NCBI GenBank assembly: GCA_009914755.4
Contig: CP086569.2
Span: 9,824,001 to 9,888,000, forward strand
Origin: the human T2T-CHM13v2.0 reference genome, Homo sapiens
Direction of reading: 5' to 3'
DNA: 64,000 nt
The notes under the pieces were generated by a model. The model saw nothing but the letters and a program-made list of their open reading frames with translations, was not told the origin of the DNA and did not search any database. The translations under genes and the position numbers were made by a program. Shown in pieces: positions 22,061 to 35,354 of the stretch (within the stretch, counting starts at the first letter, position 1; each line of letters opens with the position of its first letter).

Positions 22061-24156
22061 CTACTTTCTCTCACCAGAAAGAATCAGGACTTTTAAAGTG
22101 TGCTTTATGCCAACTTAAATTTTTCATTTTGACTACCTCATGTTTCTGATGAGGCATGTATTTTTAAATTTATTTTCACCCTTATTGTACCTCTGTGATA
22201 AACTGCTTGCTTAGATTCATACCATAATTATCTTTCAGGTTACTGTTCTGTTCCTAAAGATTCACTGAAACGAAGAATTCTATATATGCTTGTATCTTTC
22301 AGCAACTGTATGTCAGATAGCACTGCACATTACTGCAGAAATCACATATAAATGTCCAAAGGGAGATGAAGAAGAAGAAAGCAAGCTTTAAAATCTGTAC
22401 ATTCCTAACAGCGTATCAGAAACTCACAAATAACAGTGAAAACAAAGAATGATCACAGCCAATACCATTTCATACTTAGACTGAAATATGCAACTTCAAA
22501 AGAAAAGAAAGTTAAGAACTTTCTTTTGTAAAAATTTGTAAATATAGTTTGTAAAAATTTAAAAATATAGTTTTAAAAATTTTCCTATATAGATAAAATT
22601 ATTGGTAACTTTGTCTCACTAGAAAACATAAACATAAACAAAAATCCATCCTTTGCATATGTGTAAATATACATAGTTTTATTTCCATCAGTTATGACAT
22701 GTAAGCAAGTAGTAAAGTTAAAGTACAATAAAATGATATATGGAATTTTCTCAGTCTCAAAATATTCCATGGAGACTATCAATTTTATGAAAACCATAAA
22801 CAATGCTTCATGAAACTACATTATACAGTGCCATTTAGTATTTTACTTACGTTTTAAATAATCAACAATTAAAGGGAATTCGTCAACATTATTTATTATG
22901 AATACCGTTAATTTCCTTCAGTAATCCTATTGAAATTAAGTATTTTAAATAAAACATTAAAAACAAATTATATTGACTGATTTCAGCTTTGGATGAAATC
23001 ATACTTGTGTATTTGTAGTAACGGGAAGTATAACTTTCTCCTCACAATTAATCTTTTATAACATTGGTGTTTTTGTTTTCTCTGACACCAACATTGTGAG
23101 ATCGCACAGGTTTACTGCATGCATGCATTACATGCCTCCAGAGAGTAGGCTTCAAATATATGAAAAATTATATTTATGAAAAAATTCTAGGAAAGGGAAT
23201 GGTGAAATGGAAGAGAATTTCTCTCTTGTTAACTGTTGGTCACTGGATTTGTATATACTTGGATATAGACACATATTAGCACACTGTGAGTTTGCCCATG
23301 TACATATACACTTATATGAGAAACCCATAATATATGGGTTGTATAATGTTTTAATTAATCCACAATTGTATATGCGTGAAATTAGATAAGCGGTTACCTT
23401 TTCTTTACTCAATTTGATGGAAAGCCAAAAAAATATGTCAACCTTTATTTCAATTAATCCAATACCATTAACTGCTGGTAGCTTCATTCTCCTTGTTCTC
23501 TTACGGCAACCGGAAAGTTAATTCTCACTCTAATTTAGCTTTCAAGGTGCGATCAACAAGAGTGTCACCTTGCTGTGGATTGTGACCTCTGACTCCACCT
23601 CTGTCTTCCTTTTGCAGTCCTACCTTTGCATAGGTAACAAACTTTGTACACGGTTAAAAGGCTAAAAGTTCAGTGAAATGTCAAGCCATGCTGTGAAATG
23701 TTCCATAGTTTCTATATCTCTAATTGTCCTTTGATGTTATAGAGGCAAGAAAAATAATTCAATGTTTTTCTTAGTATCTAGTCCAATGCACTCTTTCTTC
23801 ATAATACTGCAAACAAGGCACTGACATGGAAACGTGGCTGGACGTCTCAAAATCTCTTCTCATTAATTACCATTATGTTAATCACTGTTGCCCACAACTG
23901 GAATTGGACTGTGAAATCCCCTGGTGGAAATTGCTATAATGGCTCAAACTACTGGAATGACTATCTTTTTTTACCTGAAAATATCTGATGAGCATAGACA
24001 TATGCTATATACAGGAACATATTGTACATTAACAACATACCGTCACTGCCACTCAATAATAGGTATCCCAAACCTTTGAGCCAAACTGATCTCAGGTGCT
24101 CCCACAAACCAAGCTTTTTCCTCCACAGATTTCTTATGTCAAAAAGCCGCAACTCC

Positions 24157-24458
24157 AGCCCAGGCTTCATGGCTCTTGTTATAATTTCTACATTTTGGGA
24201 GGCTGAGGTTGGTGGGTCACTTGAGGTCAGGAGTTGGAGACCAGCATGGGCAACATGGCAAAAACTTGTCTCTACCAAAAATACAAAAATTACCAGACTT
24301 AGTGGCACTTTCCTGTGGTCCCAGCTACTTGGGAGGCTGAGGTAGGAGAACCGCCTGAACATGGGTGGCAGAGATTGTATAGTAAGCCAAGATCAGACTA
24401 CTGCACTCCATCCTGGATGACACAGCGAGATCATGACTGAAAAAAGAAAAAAAAATGA
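24157..24458 (+). mobile_element. Alu (unit-2 copy of 3790..4095)
   Basis: Alu consensus with an A-rich tail. Confidence 0.8.
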
Positions 24459-24504
24459 AGGCAACTCCACTCGTCCACTGGCTTAGGTAAAAAATACTGG
24501 AGTT

Positions 24505-24812
24505 GGCTGGGCTCGGTGGCTCACACCTGTATTCCCAGCACTTTGGATTTTGGGAAGCTGAGTCGGGCGGGTCACCTGAGATCTGTAGTAGGAGAGCAGC
24601 CTGGCCAACATGGTGAAGCCTGGCTTCTACTAAAAATACAAAACATTAGCTGAGCGTGGTGATGCATGCTTGTAATCGCAGCTACTGCAGAGGCTGAACC
24701 TGGGAGGCGGAGGATGTGTTCAGCTCAGATCCTGCCACTGCACTCCAGCCTGGGCTACAGAGCGAGAGTACCCTGTGAGAAACAAAGGTGAAGAGAACAA
24801 GAAAGAAAATTA
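24505..24812 (+). mobile_element. Alu (unit-2 copy of 4139..4446)
   Basis: Alu consensus. Confidence 0.8.
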
Positions 24813-24902
24813 GAAAAATAAGACCCACTGCAAAAGTTTGCCACAGAATAGATTAAACATTTCGCCAACTTCTAGCTTCTATCATGGAAGCCAAGGTTAT
24901 TT

Positions 24903-25275
24903 GGACCAAACCTCCTGTCTTAGTTCATTTTCACGCTGCTGAAGAAGACATACCTGAAACTGGGAATAAAAGGAAGTTTAATTGGACTGACAGTTCCACA
25001 TGGCTGTGGAGGCCTCAGAATCATGGTATACGAATAAAGGCACTTCTTACATGGCAATGCCAAGAGAGAATGAGGAAGAACCTGAGGCAGAAACCCCTGA
25101 AAAACCCATCAGATCTCGTGAGACTTCTTCACTGTCACAAGAATAGCATGAGAAAGACCGACCCCCATGATTCAATTACCTCCCCCTGGGTCCCACCCGC
25201 AACACGAGGGAATTCTGGGAGATACAAATGAAGCTGAGATTCGAATGGAGACGCACCAAACCATATCACTTCCCA
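24903..25275 (-). mobile_element. MaLR THE1/MST-like LTR, unit-2 copy
   Basis: Collinear with 4535..4917. Confidence 0.6.
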
Positions 25276-28084
25276 AACAATTAAAAATTCCCAATAGAAG
25301 AAGCATTAATTATATCAAAAAGTGGCGGACCAAGAAGGAACTATTAGCCTCATATCTCAAGAAAGACTCTAGTCAAGGCCTAGGGACTACTCATGAAAAG
25401 AGTTTAATAGCCGACTCTCCCAGTGGATCTGGATTCCACCGGACTGTATCTTCACAGTAAGGGTGAAACATAAGTAAACCCATTCCTATTTCCAAGCTCA
25501 AGGAACTTTGGTCAAAGTTCTCTTGGAGCTGAGCAGAACAAGGAGGCAAACAGAAACAATTTGTGTCCCTGAGAAGTCATGGCCACAGGCTGGCTATCAC
25601 ACAGATTGTCAAGCCAGTTCCATATTGCATGGGTATTACAGAAAATCTCAAAACATAAATTTGTGTGTGTGTTGTCCCAGAGTAGCAGGATCTGGCAGAA
25701 GGAAATTTCCTTCTAACCCTCAAACAATTCACATAAATCTTGTTACATTTGGGATTTTACCATTTGTTTCATCAATGAGAATGGACTTTAGTTTTCATAT
25801 CTTTTTCTACACTCAGTTTATGTCTTGTTGGCATGAAAGTTCTGCTTGCCTTACACAAGGAGTTTAGGAATTTCCCTTTTTTATTCTATAGAATTCTTCA
25901 TATATATTGAAATGCTCTGCCTGGGGAAAAAATCTGAGCCTGTTGTTTTATCTCTAGGAAGAATCCTTTATTTCCTTGAACATTTACAAGACCATTCAGA
26001 TTAGATATGTCTTCTTGTGTTAATTTTACTAAGCTATATACATAGCTTATATTTATATCATATATAATCTTATATAAATATAAGATATAAATATAAAAAT
26101 TATAAATAAATATGAAATATATATAGAAAGCTATATATATGTCTATATATGTAGACACATTATAAAAATCTGTCTATTTGATCTAAGTTTTCAAATTTGT
26201 AAGTTAAGGTGTTAATGATATTTCCTTATTAGCTTCTTAATCTATGCTGTATCTATGGTTGTGTATCTTTTAAATTCTTAGTTTTATCTGTGCTTTCTCC
26301 CTTTTTTTCTAAACTTGACTGAGGGTTGCATCATTTATTATATTTCTCCAACAACCAAAGTTTAGCTTTGTATGTTTTACTAATTTTCTCTCCATCATTA
26401 TTCCCACCCTTCAGTTTTTCAGAATTGATTCTGTTGTTTCTCTTCTAATTCTTTTTTTGAAATATCTAGTACATTAATTTTCAAGTTATTAGAGAAATAT
26501 TTTTCTGTAAACTCCTATTGTAATATCACTTTTCTTGCTACTCACAAACTTAATTTTTAATGTTGGCAGTATCATTAAGTTCTAAGTACATTTCAATTCC
26601 TAGTATGATAATCCATGAATTGCTAAGAAATAGTGGTTATAATTTTGTTGTTCAATTTCCACTTACTTTTATTTTAACTTGGGCTAATTGAAAATTCTTT
26701 ACTAATTTTTTAAATCCTTGAACCCAAGAGACGGAGGTTGCAGTGACCTGAGATGAAGCCACTGCATTCCAGACTGACAGAGTGGAAGTAAATTTGAAAA
26801 CAAAACAAAACAAAACAAAACAGTCACTGGAAATATAATAAAATACATAAATTTGGGATGTAAAATGTTAATCATGATAAAATAAACTGAACTTCTTTGT
26901 ATAAGTTATACAAATTATTCATTGTATATAATTCCTGTAATCTAATTATAGTGCCTTTACACCTCAGGGTTTAAAACGACTCCAACCTTTTTCTGTTTCT
27001 CCAATTCAAATAACTATTTTAAGGTTTAATCTTTAGTAATATTTTGTAGTAATATTTTTGAAGATATTTGACCAGGATGATTTGCTTATATACTTATCTG
27101 ATATCTCCCTTTCTTTTGAATACATATTTTATTACCCACTGATTAGATGTAAGTTTAAGAATTTCGAATAGGGATTTAAATCTAAATTCTACATTTGAAT
27201 TTATAGGAGTCAGTGAGTCCAGGAAGTGCCATTATGCGCAGACCAATATCTGGCAATGGCACTAGGGGACAAATAAGCTTTACCAGTCTCAAAGCCCTGG
27301 CTACTACAGTGAATCCACCCTTCTCCTGGATCTTATCTACTTCAGCAAAAGAAGGCCACCCACTAAACCAGGCCCTTGTACTTTGGGTGGAAACTCCTAA
27401 GTCCTCTAGTCTCCTCAAACAGACAGCCAGGCTGCCAATTTCCACAATAATAATTTCTATAGCACTGAGTCTTTGGTAGCCTTGTAACTATAGCTACTGA
27501 TGCTACATCTGGTCCCTGTATGATAAAACACCAGAGCAACAGAAACAAAAATATTGACTGAAGCCTTCTAAAATCTCTCTAAATACACTTTCAATAAATA
27601 TGTTTTTTTTTTACAACACAACTGCGTTCAGCTTCCTGAACTAATGCTTGGCCTTCAATTGTTTTCATAGTTGAAATTGATTCAAAAGTGTACATTTAAC
27701 ATGAAAGTGAATACATAATTTCATGTATCAGCAACTACAATTTTCAAAACGATGCAAAATACAAATGTGAAACTGTATTTGTGAAATATACCATTTTTTC
27801 AAATTATATTTTCGTACCTACCCAGGAACAGAATTTTTTATAACTGTCTGCATTTTCTCCTCATGTGGGGCAAAAACAGCATCAGAGTTCTTGAATAATT
27901 TATGAAAGACAGGATGGCAATACTATACAAGTTTTACCTATACATAATACTGTATTTAGTTAATGAATAATTAGTTTCAAAAGCCTATTAAAGTATGGAG
28001 TAACTAAATAAAATATATTTAGTTCAATAATTCTAAAATACGTTTACATGAAGAAAATAAAACAATGATTAAAATACATAAACA

Positions 28085-28373
28085 AACAAATGAGGCTGGC
28101 ATGGCGGCTCACACTTGGATGCCCAACATTTTGGGAGGTCAGTGCAGGCGGATCACAGGAGTACCAGACCAGCCTGGCAAATATGGTGAAACCAGTCTCG
28201 ACTAAAAATACAAAAATTAGCAGGACATAGTGGCATGTGCCTGTAATCCCAGCTCCTTGGAAGGCTAAGGCGTGGGAATCCTGTGAAGCTGGAGGGAGAG
28301 GTTGCAGTGAGCCGAGACTTTTCCCCTTCACTCCAGCCTGGATGACACAGTGAGACTCCATCTGAAAACACAC
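28085..28373 (+). mobile_element. Alu, full length (the unit-1 counterpart is 5'-truncated)
   Basis: Reads 'gaggctggcatggcggctcacacttgg...cactccagcctggatgacacagtgagactcc' and is followed by CA-rich sequence. Confidence 0.8.
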
Positions 28374-28920
28374 ACACGCACACACACATACACCCCAAAA
28401 ACTGATGAATAAAAAAAAATCCGTATTCGAAAACATGCTCACAGGCTAACTCCCATATCTAACACACACACACACAAAATTCCTTGAAAACGAAAGTTCC
28501 ACAAGGGGCAAATAAGAAAACAAATTTAACACCCCCCCATATAAAGTAGAAAGAGCAACCTGAAAAGAACCACAGGGGAAAACAATTCAAAATTTACAAC
28601 TATCTACCCTAAAAGAAGCTGAAAGTCCCTCAAAAACTTTCTAGAGACCATGTCCTTGTGATACAAAATGATCATTAAAACTGGCAGGAGTAGAAGAATA
28701 AAAATGCATCCTAAATCTTGCTAAACACTTCAAGTCTCCCATAAGAATTGTAATGGGAAATGGATCAGTCGGCAGCTTTTTCCATACAATTATGAACAAA
28801 TTATATTTCTTCATACTTAAATTTGTTTTTTCAATATTCTAAGAAATCAACTTTTATATTAATAGTAGGTGATGTAAGAAAGCAGGTCTTTATCAAGATA
28901 ACTGACACTGGATGTCCATA

Positions 28921-31900
28921 CCATTACTCAAGTGGGCCTTAATTCCCAGCCAGGTTCCCTCCCTGGACACACACTGAAGGTCCCCAGCCATTTGGCAATC
29001 TCTTCACATTCCCAGCCCTGGAGGTAGTCCTAAAATACATGTACCTGAAGAAAATAAAACATTGCCTCACACTGGAGCCCAGTGTGGTCCTCCAGATTCC
29101 GTGTGAGGTGGACTAACTTATATGGGAAGGCAGGGCAGTGGGAGTGAGGATGGCAGAGAGGATAACACATGTCAAGGCAGCTGGGATCATGGAAACAAAA
29201 CATGACTGGCCTGGGAGAAACACTGTGAAAGGACATAGACCTAGGTGGGCCTCAGAGGAACATCCTCGTGGAGAAAAAGGGGGCCCTGGTTGATCTCAAA
29301 ATGAGCCCCAGGTGGTCGCAGGTCTTACTGCAGGGCAGGGAGCTGGTGAGTGATGATGAGACAGCTATCCCTTAAGCCCTGCTTGTCACCCACTGACTTT
29401 AGCCACATATGCATCATAGTGGCTTAAGGTGCCCCAATCCTGAAATGTGGGTGTTACATGTCCCTGATGGGCCTCTCTCCCCCAACCCACGGATTGCCTG
29501 GGATTGCTCACTGCAGTCTCCTCCAGGATCCTTGGGTTCTCCATGTGGGGCCCAGATCCAGGTCAAAAGGCCTCTCAGTTCCCAGCCCTTCCAAGCCCTA
29601 GGCTGCTCGCCTGGCCTCCTCTCTGTTCCGCCTCTAGGGCTGACCCTCTCTCCATGGGATAGAACTGCAATAGATTGAGCCATAGGGCCTGGCTGATGAT
29701 CTAGGGGACTGCAGAAGTGGGTCCAGGACAGTTCAGGTGACAGTTTAAAGCCAATTCCCCAGAGACCAAGGAATGACCAGCTAGGTCCTTTCCCATGATG
29801 CCCCACGGCGAACCCCACCTCAGCAATCCTACCAAAACCAAGGCAGTCATGTTCAGCCAAACAGCTGAATAAGCTCAGGTAGGAGGTGTACTGCCTGCAT
29901 CTGGAGGCTTGACCTTCATGATCCCAGAACCGCTGGACTGCAGTGGAATGAGACACCCTGTAGCCTTAAGGGAGAGGAGTCAGGAAGGTTCATGCCAGTC
30001 CTACCCTCCCACACTCCAGCTTCCCTACCATGCTGGGAGGCATTCCTTACCGAGGATGCCAACACAGTGCTCCTTCATGATGATTTCACTGTGGAAATAA
30101 AGGTTGGGATGAAAGGAAATCATCCTGCCACCAGTAACTGGGATGGCTGAGTTCCTCCACCTGCCTGATCAAGGAGAAAGAGGAGGGATTCAATGGGACC
30201 ATCTCAACTAGCTGGGCTGAGGTGGCCTACTAGCTGTAGTGAACCATGAGTTTCCCCTTCCCAGCTCTCCCACTGAGACAACCCTGGTCCCCAGGGGGAC
30301 CTCAAACTGACTCAGACACTGGACTCCTCCCACAGACCCAGGCTCCCCAGCCTGACCTGCAAATCCATCACGTAGCAAAGCAGGACTTCCGCATGCTTTC
30401 CGACCCACGCCGACATCTCGTGTGCCAAACAATCTACCTCTGCGCAAGAACTCTCCAGAGGATTGGGTGGGCAAGCCTCGTGACGCCTTGCAATTTCGCA
30501 AGAACACAGACAATGTGGAACAGGGCCATCTCCCAGACATTTGGCCAGTCACCCTTCATTGTTGGCCCTCTATCTCTGTCTGGCGAGGAGGCAACGCCAC
30601 AACTGTGGTGGTTTTTGGAGTGGGTGGACCCTGGCCAAGACGGCCTGGGCTGACCAGAGACGGGAGGCAGAAAAAGTGGGCAGGTGGTTGCAGCTGAGGG
30701 ACGGGAGGGGCCGGGGGTGGTGTGAGGCGGCTGCTTCTCTGGGTTTCTGAGATGCAGGAGGCCTTTGTGTGCTGGGTGCTGGACATGCTCCGCTGATGTC
30801 CGGGTGTGTGGTGTCCTCTTATCCTAGTCTCCCTGAGGGGTGGGCCTGTCCACTTGACGGAAGCCCTGTAGTTAGAAGCGACAGCAGGGTCGTGCCTGGC
30901 GCTCTCCATGGGAATTGGGTGGGTGCAAAGGAAGTTATATAGGCTCAAGGCCTACACACCTTTGGGTGCAGCGCCCGCAGGGGGAAGAAAGCATATCTGG
31001 GGAGCTGGTACCTGCCCTGAGGTGGTCGGCAACCCCATGCACCATGAACTCGTTTTAAGCACCTTGTGTTTCTGGGGTGAGCCTGCTGGAAACAGGCACC
31101 GAGAGCAGGGGTGGTTCAATGGCTGGCAATGGCATACAAATTCACCGTCCTCCAGGTACGTTCCCAGGGAAATGTCCCCTTCGACTTTGTGCTGTGCGGC
31201 AAGGGAACTTGGCGCCGCGATTCTCCCTTGTGAGTGCTGTGCTTGGCTCCCCTTCCCTACCACGTGCTCCCAGGGGTGCTACAAGAAGCTGCCCTCACAG
31301 CTGCAGCAACGTGGCTTCGGCTCCCACCCTGTCCCCCATACCCTGCCTCCTGGCTGACCCCACGTGCCTCCCACCTGGCTCCTCCCCGCAACCAGCCCCA
31401 ATGCCCCCCTGAAGCCCAATGACTATCCCTTGCTGCCAGCCATCCCGAATCGGCAGCTGCAAAGTATGGCTCTGGCCCACAAGGCGGAGATGCTCTGTGG
31501 CCTGGGGCATTCACGGAGCCCACCTCCAAGTGAAGGACTTCCAGCGAGTCCATTGACGGCCCGGGTGTGCTCGGTCCAGGGCCAGGCTGTGCCCGCTGGC
31601 CCTCCTTCTGCCACCCCACGTCGGGCTCCACCTCAACCACCACCTCCACCTCAGCCATGATGTCTTCCACCTTCAGCACCGCCTCCTCTTCCAAGGCCGC
31701 CTCCTTGCTCTGTACACCGGCCGTCCTCTCCAGCATTGCCTCCAGCCTGAACACAGTGCTCTCCTGGGTGCTCCCACAGCCCCCGGGCCTGCGCAGCCTA
31801 GCCCAGCCCATGTCCTGCACCCCTAGGCTCTGGGGGCCCGGGCTCCAACAGACCCACTCCTTGAAAGACCCACGGGCGTCGCCCTGCTGAGAACCTAGTC

Positions 31901-32181
31901 CCACACCTACGTGGACCCAGGTTTCCTGAGGAGCTCCGCTGGACCCGCAGATCTGGCACTGGTCAAAGGCCTCCGGTCCCCAGCAGGCTCAAATGCGGAC
32001 AGGAGCTTGGGAGCCAGAGGCCCAGGCCCTGGGCTTGCAGAGCCCCACCAGCAGGCACCGCAGCCGCTGCTGCGGGTGCGGGAGCTTCTGGATCGTCAAG
32101 GCAGCGCACAACAGCGTGCGCGCAGGCCGACAATGGCCAACCCTGGCGGCTGGCCTCTGGTGTGCCCAGGGCATAGGACAA
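28921..32181 (-). pseudogene. Inverted TSPY-like pseudogene, unit-2 copy (homolog of 8709..11975)
   Basis: Collinear with the unit-1 copy. Minus-strand ORF 31257..31904 contains the same exon-1-like peptide. Confidence 0.55.
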
Positions 32182-32489
32182 GAGGCCCTTTGGAATGCTC
32201 CTTGGAGTACAGCATCCTCAGGGAGGAAGCATGGTACTCGGAGCCTCTATTTGCCTCGACCTGTGAGAGTGTGTGCCGGGGCTCTGGCCTCTACAGCAGA
32301 TCAATTCCACCTCAGCACCGGCAGGCGACTTTCCTCCCACGTGCCCGCCCCGATCACTTCCCCCAGGACACCCCTGCCGCCCTAGCCCCAGCAACCAGAG
32401 AGAGTTCTCTGCATCTGCTGTATTACCTCCGTACCATCTACCTGGCCTGCCTAACGAAGAGAGATGTTTCCTGTGTTCATGACACATAG

Positions 32490-32960
32490 AGATGTTCATG
32501 GCTTGCCACACTGAGGATGTCAGGGCACAGGGCTGCCATGCCCACAATTCCAAAGACCACGCAGCCCGCGTGTGCCTGGACTCTGAGCTACCCGGCACAA
32601 GCTCCAAGGGCTTCTCGGAGGAGGCTCGGGGACGGAAGGCGTGGGGTGAGTGGGCTGGAGATGCAGGCGCGCCCGTGGCTGTGCAGCCCAGGGAGACGCC
32701 CGCCGCCCTCCCATTGATTGGCCATGAGGGAAGGAAGTCGGCCTGGGTGCGGCCCCTTGGCCCTTAGCGCGCAGTCCCTTAGGGGTCTCCTGGAAACCCG
32801 GCGCATGCGCCCTGAGGGCCCGCTGACCCACCGGGTGCCCATCTGCGACAGGGTTCCTATGGCGTGGGTGGAGCAGCACAGGCCTTGGTGTGTGCGGTGC
32901 CGAGGAGGGCACTGCCTTCAGGATGGAGGCTGTACAGGAGGGGCGGCCGGGGTGGAGAGT
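32490..32960. promoter_or_regulatory. CpG island of the unit-2 TSPY pseudogene (homolog of 12280..12760)
   Basis: GC- and CpG-rich, and collinear with the unit-1 island. Confidence 0.4.
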
Positions 32961-35354
32961 GAGCAGGCGGCTTTGGGAGTTGGAGGCAGTGCTGGTGGCA
33001 GATGACATAATGGCGGAGGTGGAGGTGGTGGCCCAGGAGGAGGCCCTCGTGGAGGGGCAGGTGGAGGCCCAGCGGGCACAGCCTGGCCCTGGGCCCATGA
33101 CCCCAGAGTCTGCACTGGAGGAGCTGCTGGCCGTTCAGGTGGAGCTGGAGCCGGTTAATGCCCAAGCCAGGAAGGCCTTTTCTCGGCAGCGGGAAAAGAT
33201 GGAGCGGAGGCGCAAGCCCCACCTAGACCGCAGAGGCGCCATCATCCAGAGCGTCCCTGGCTTCTGGGCCAATGTTGTATCCTTCTCAGTGTTTCTTCGG
33301 CCTTTCTAGTGGAGAGGTGCTCTCGGGAAAGTGTAAGTAACTGATGGGCAGCTCGGCTTCGATGTGACTCTTTGGGGAACAAAGGGGAGTTGCCACGGAC
33401 AAATGTGGCTGTGGAAAGCCGGAGCAGGCGTGGGTACTATTGTCCTGCATGCGGCAGAGAAACCCTTGGTGATGCCGAGCAGCAGACGTTTGGGGCATCT
33501 TTTTGAAGAGCAGAAGCGAGTTCAGAGCAGAAGACGTTTTTCAGTGAATCAAGGTATTTTTAAGGGAGTGTGATTGCTGCCACTTGCTAGTCCGATCTGC
33601 GACTGGGCGTCTTCGACTATAAGCAGATTCTGCCACTCCTCAGACACCAGCAACTCTCCGCACATCACGCCTCCCCATGTCAGTGCAGTCAGCCTCAGAA
33701 TTATACACCCTCCGTGAACACAGGAGGCCTTAGTTTACGGGGAGGGGGAGGCGAAAGGAGGTCATACATGGAAGCAGATCTGAGAAATCCCCTACCCCAG
33801 CCTCTGGGTGCTCTTAGGCCTTCTTCCCTGTTGCTCCTCGCTTTCCCTTCCATCGTGTGTAAAGTCTCTTTGACCTAAATCAGATTGCACACCACCCCCA
33901 GATGTCAGCCCTGATCACTGACCAAGATGAAGACATGCTGAGCTACATGATCCACCTGGAGGTAAGGCCAGGAAGACTGAGGCTAGAGGGTTTAGTGGGG
34001 GAGGGTAAGGGAAATAATTCATTCCTGTAAGCAACAGCAGGCATCTCACCCGAAAAGGTATTTAAGCTTTCTCCACCTTGCCCTGACAGGTGGAAGAAGT
34101 GAAGCATCCAGTTCACCTGTGCAAGATCATGTTGTTGTTTCAGAGTAACCCTTACTTCCAGAATAAAGTGATTACCAAGGAATATCTGGTGAACATCACA
34201 GGTGACAGGTGGCTCCCAGGATGGGTGGTGGAAGGAAGATGGTGGGTGGATCATTGCCAATGTGATCCAATCCCCTTCCCGCAAAAATTCCTGTCTCTGT
34301 AGAATACAGGGCTTCTCATTCCACTCCAATTGATTGGTATCCAGATTATGAAGTGGAGGCCTATCGCCGCAACCACCACAACAGGAGCCTGAATTCTTCA
34401 ACTGGTTCTCTGACCACAACTTCGCAGGATCTAACAGGATTGCTGAGGTGAGTCCTCACTGGGAAACATGAGGAATGACCCCATGTGTTCCCAGCTGCTT
34501 GGGTCACCATTCTGAGTCCTGATGAGGCCTTTCCCGATGGATTCCCCTGACAGATCCTATGTAAGGACCTGTGGTGCAATCCCCTGCAATCCTACAAGAG
34601 GATGAAGCCACCTGAAGAGGGAACAGAGATTTCAGGTGAGCTGTTCAGTTGGAACTGAAGCTTTTTGATCCCCAGGATAAGGAGGTTGACACACCTGCCT
34701 ATTCAGGGAGCCTGGAGGCTCATTTCAGAAATGTAGAAATTGAGCCTCCTTTCATACATGTAGAAATTCCTTGAGAGGAAGACAGAGTGTGACAGAATCC
34801 AGGACATTCATGGCATTGGGCTGAAAAAGGCACATTAGAGACTGCACTGCAAAGCACGTTATAGCTGTGAAGTCTTAAGCCCAGCGAAGCATCATCCATT
34901 TCCAGAATCACTGAGAAGAAAAGCTAAAAATCCTTCACTTCAGTCTGTGGCACTTGATTCCATGGCTGTCAACCCCACCGGCAGTCATCCTACCAACCCC
35001 ATAAGATTGGGCTCCCTGAATGTGCGTCCTGGTCCTCCTTGCCCCAAACCACAAAGGACTGTTTACATTGATGGATTTCCTTAAGCTATTGCCCCATCAG
35101 ATTTCTGTGTGCTTTTAGGGTACAGTGCATCTTGTTAGCTGACTCCCCTCACAGAGAATACTGGGAATGGGGCAGGGATTGCACAGAACAGTTTGTAACA
35201 CGTGGTAGGAGGAAGTTTAAGGGATCACAAATGGGGAAGGGATATCCTTTTCTCAGCGGGCCCTACAATTGAAATATTTCAAAGTATGGCTCAGAGAAAA
35301 TGCATTTTGACATGTGTTTGTGTTTCTCCAGGGTACTCCCAGATGTTGAGTTGA
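32805..35354 (+). pseudogene. TSPY pseudogene (unit 2 copy). Exon 1 is 472 nt versus 504 nt in unit 1 (not a multiple of 3). It has a 4-bp deletion, a compensated -1/+1 pair, and 18-bp and 9-bp in-frame deletions. Exon 4 has a 1-bp deletion, and a 22-bp duplication lies next to the exon-6 stop.
   Basis: Exon homologs sit at 32805..33276, 33884..33961, 34090..34201, 34303..34447, 34554..34635 and 35332..35354. The six-frame track shows exon 1 split across frames (32718..33005 and 32890..33309). Confidence 0.8.
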
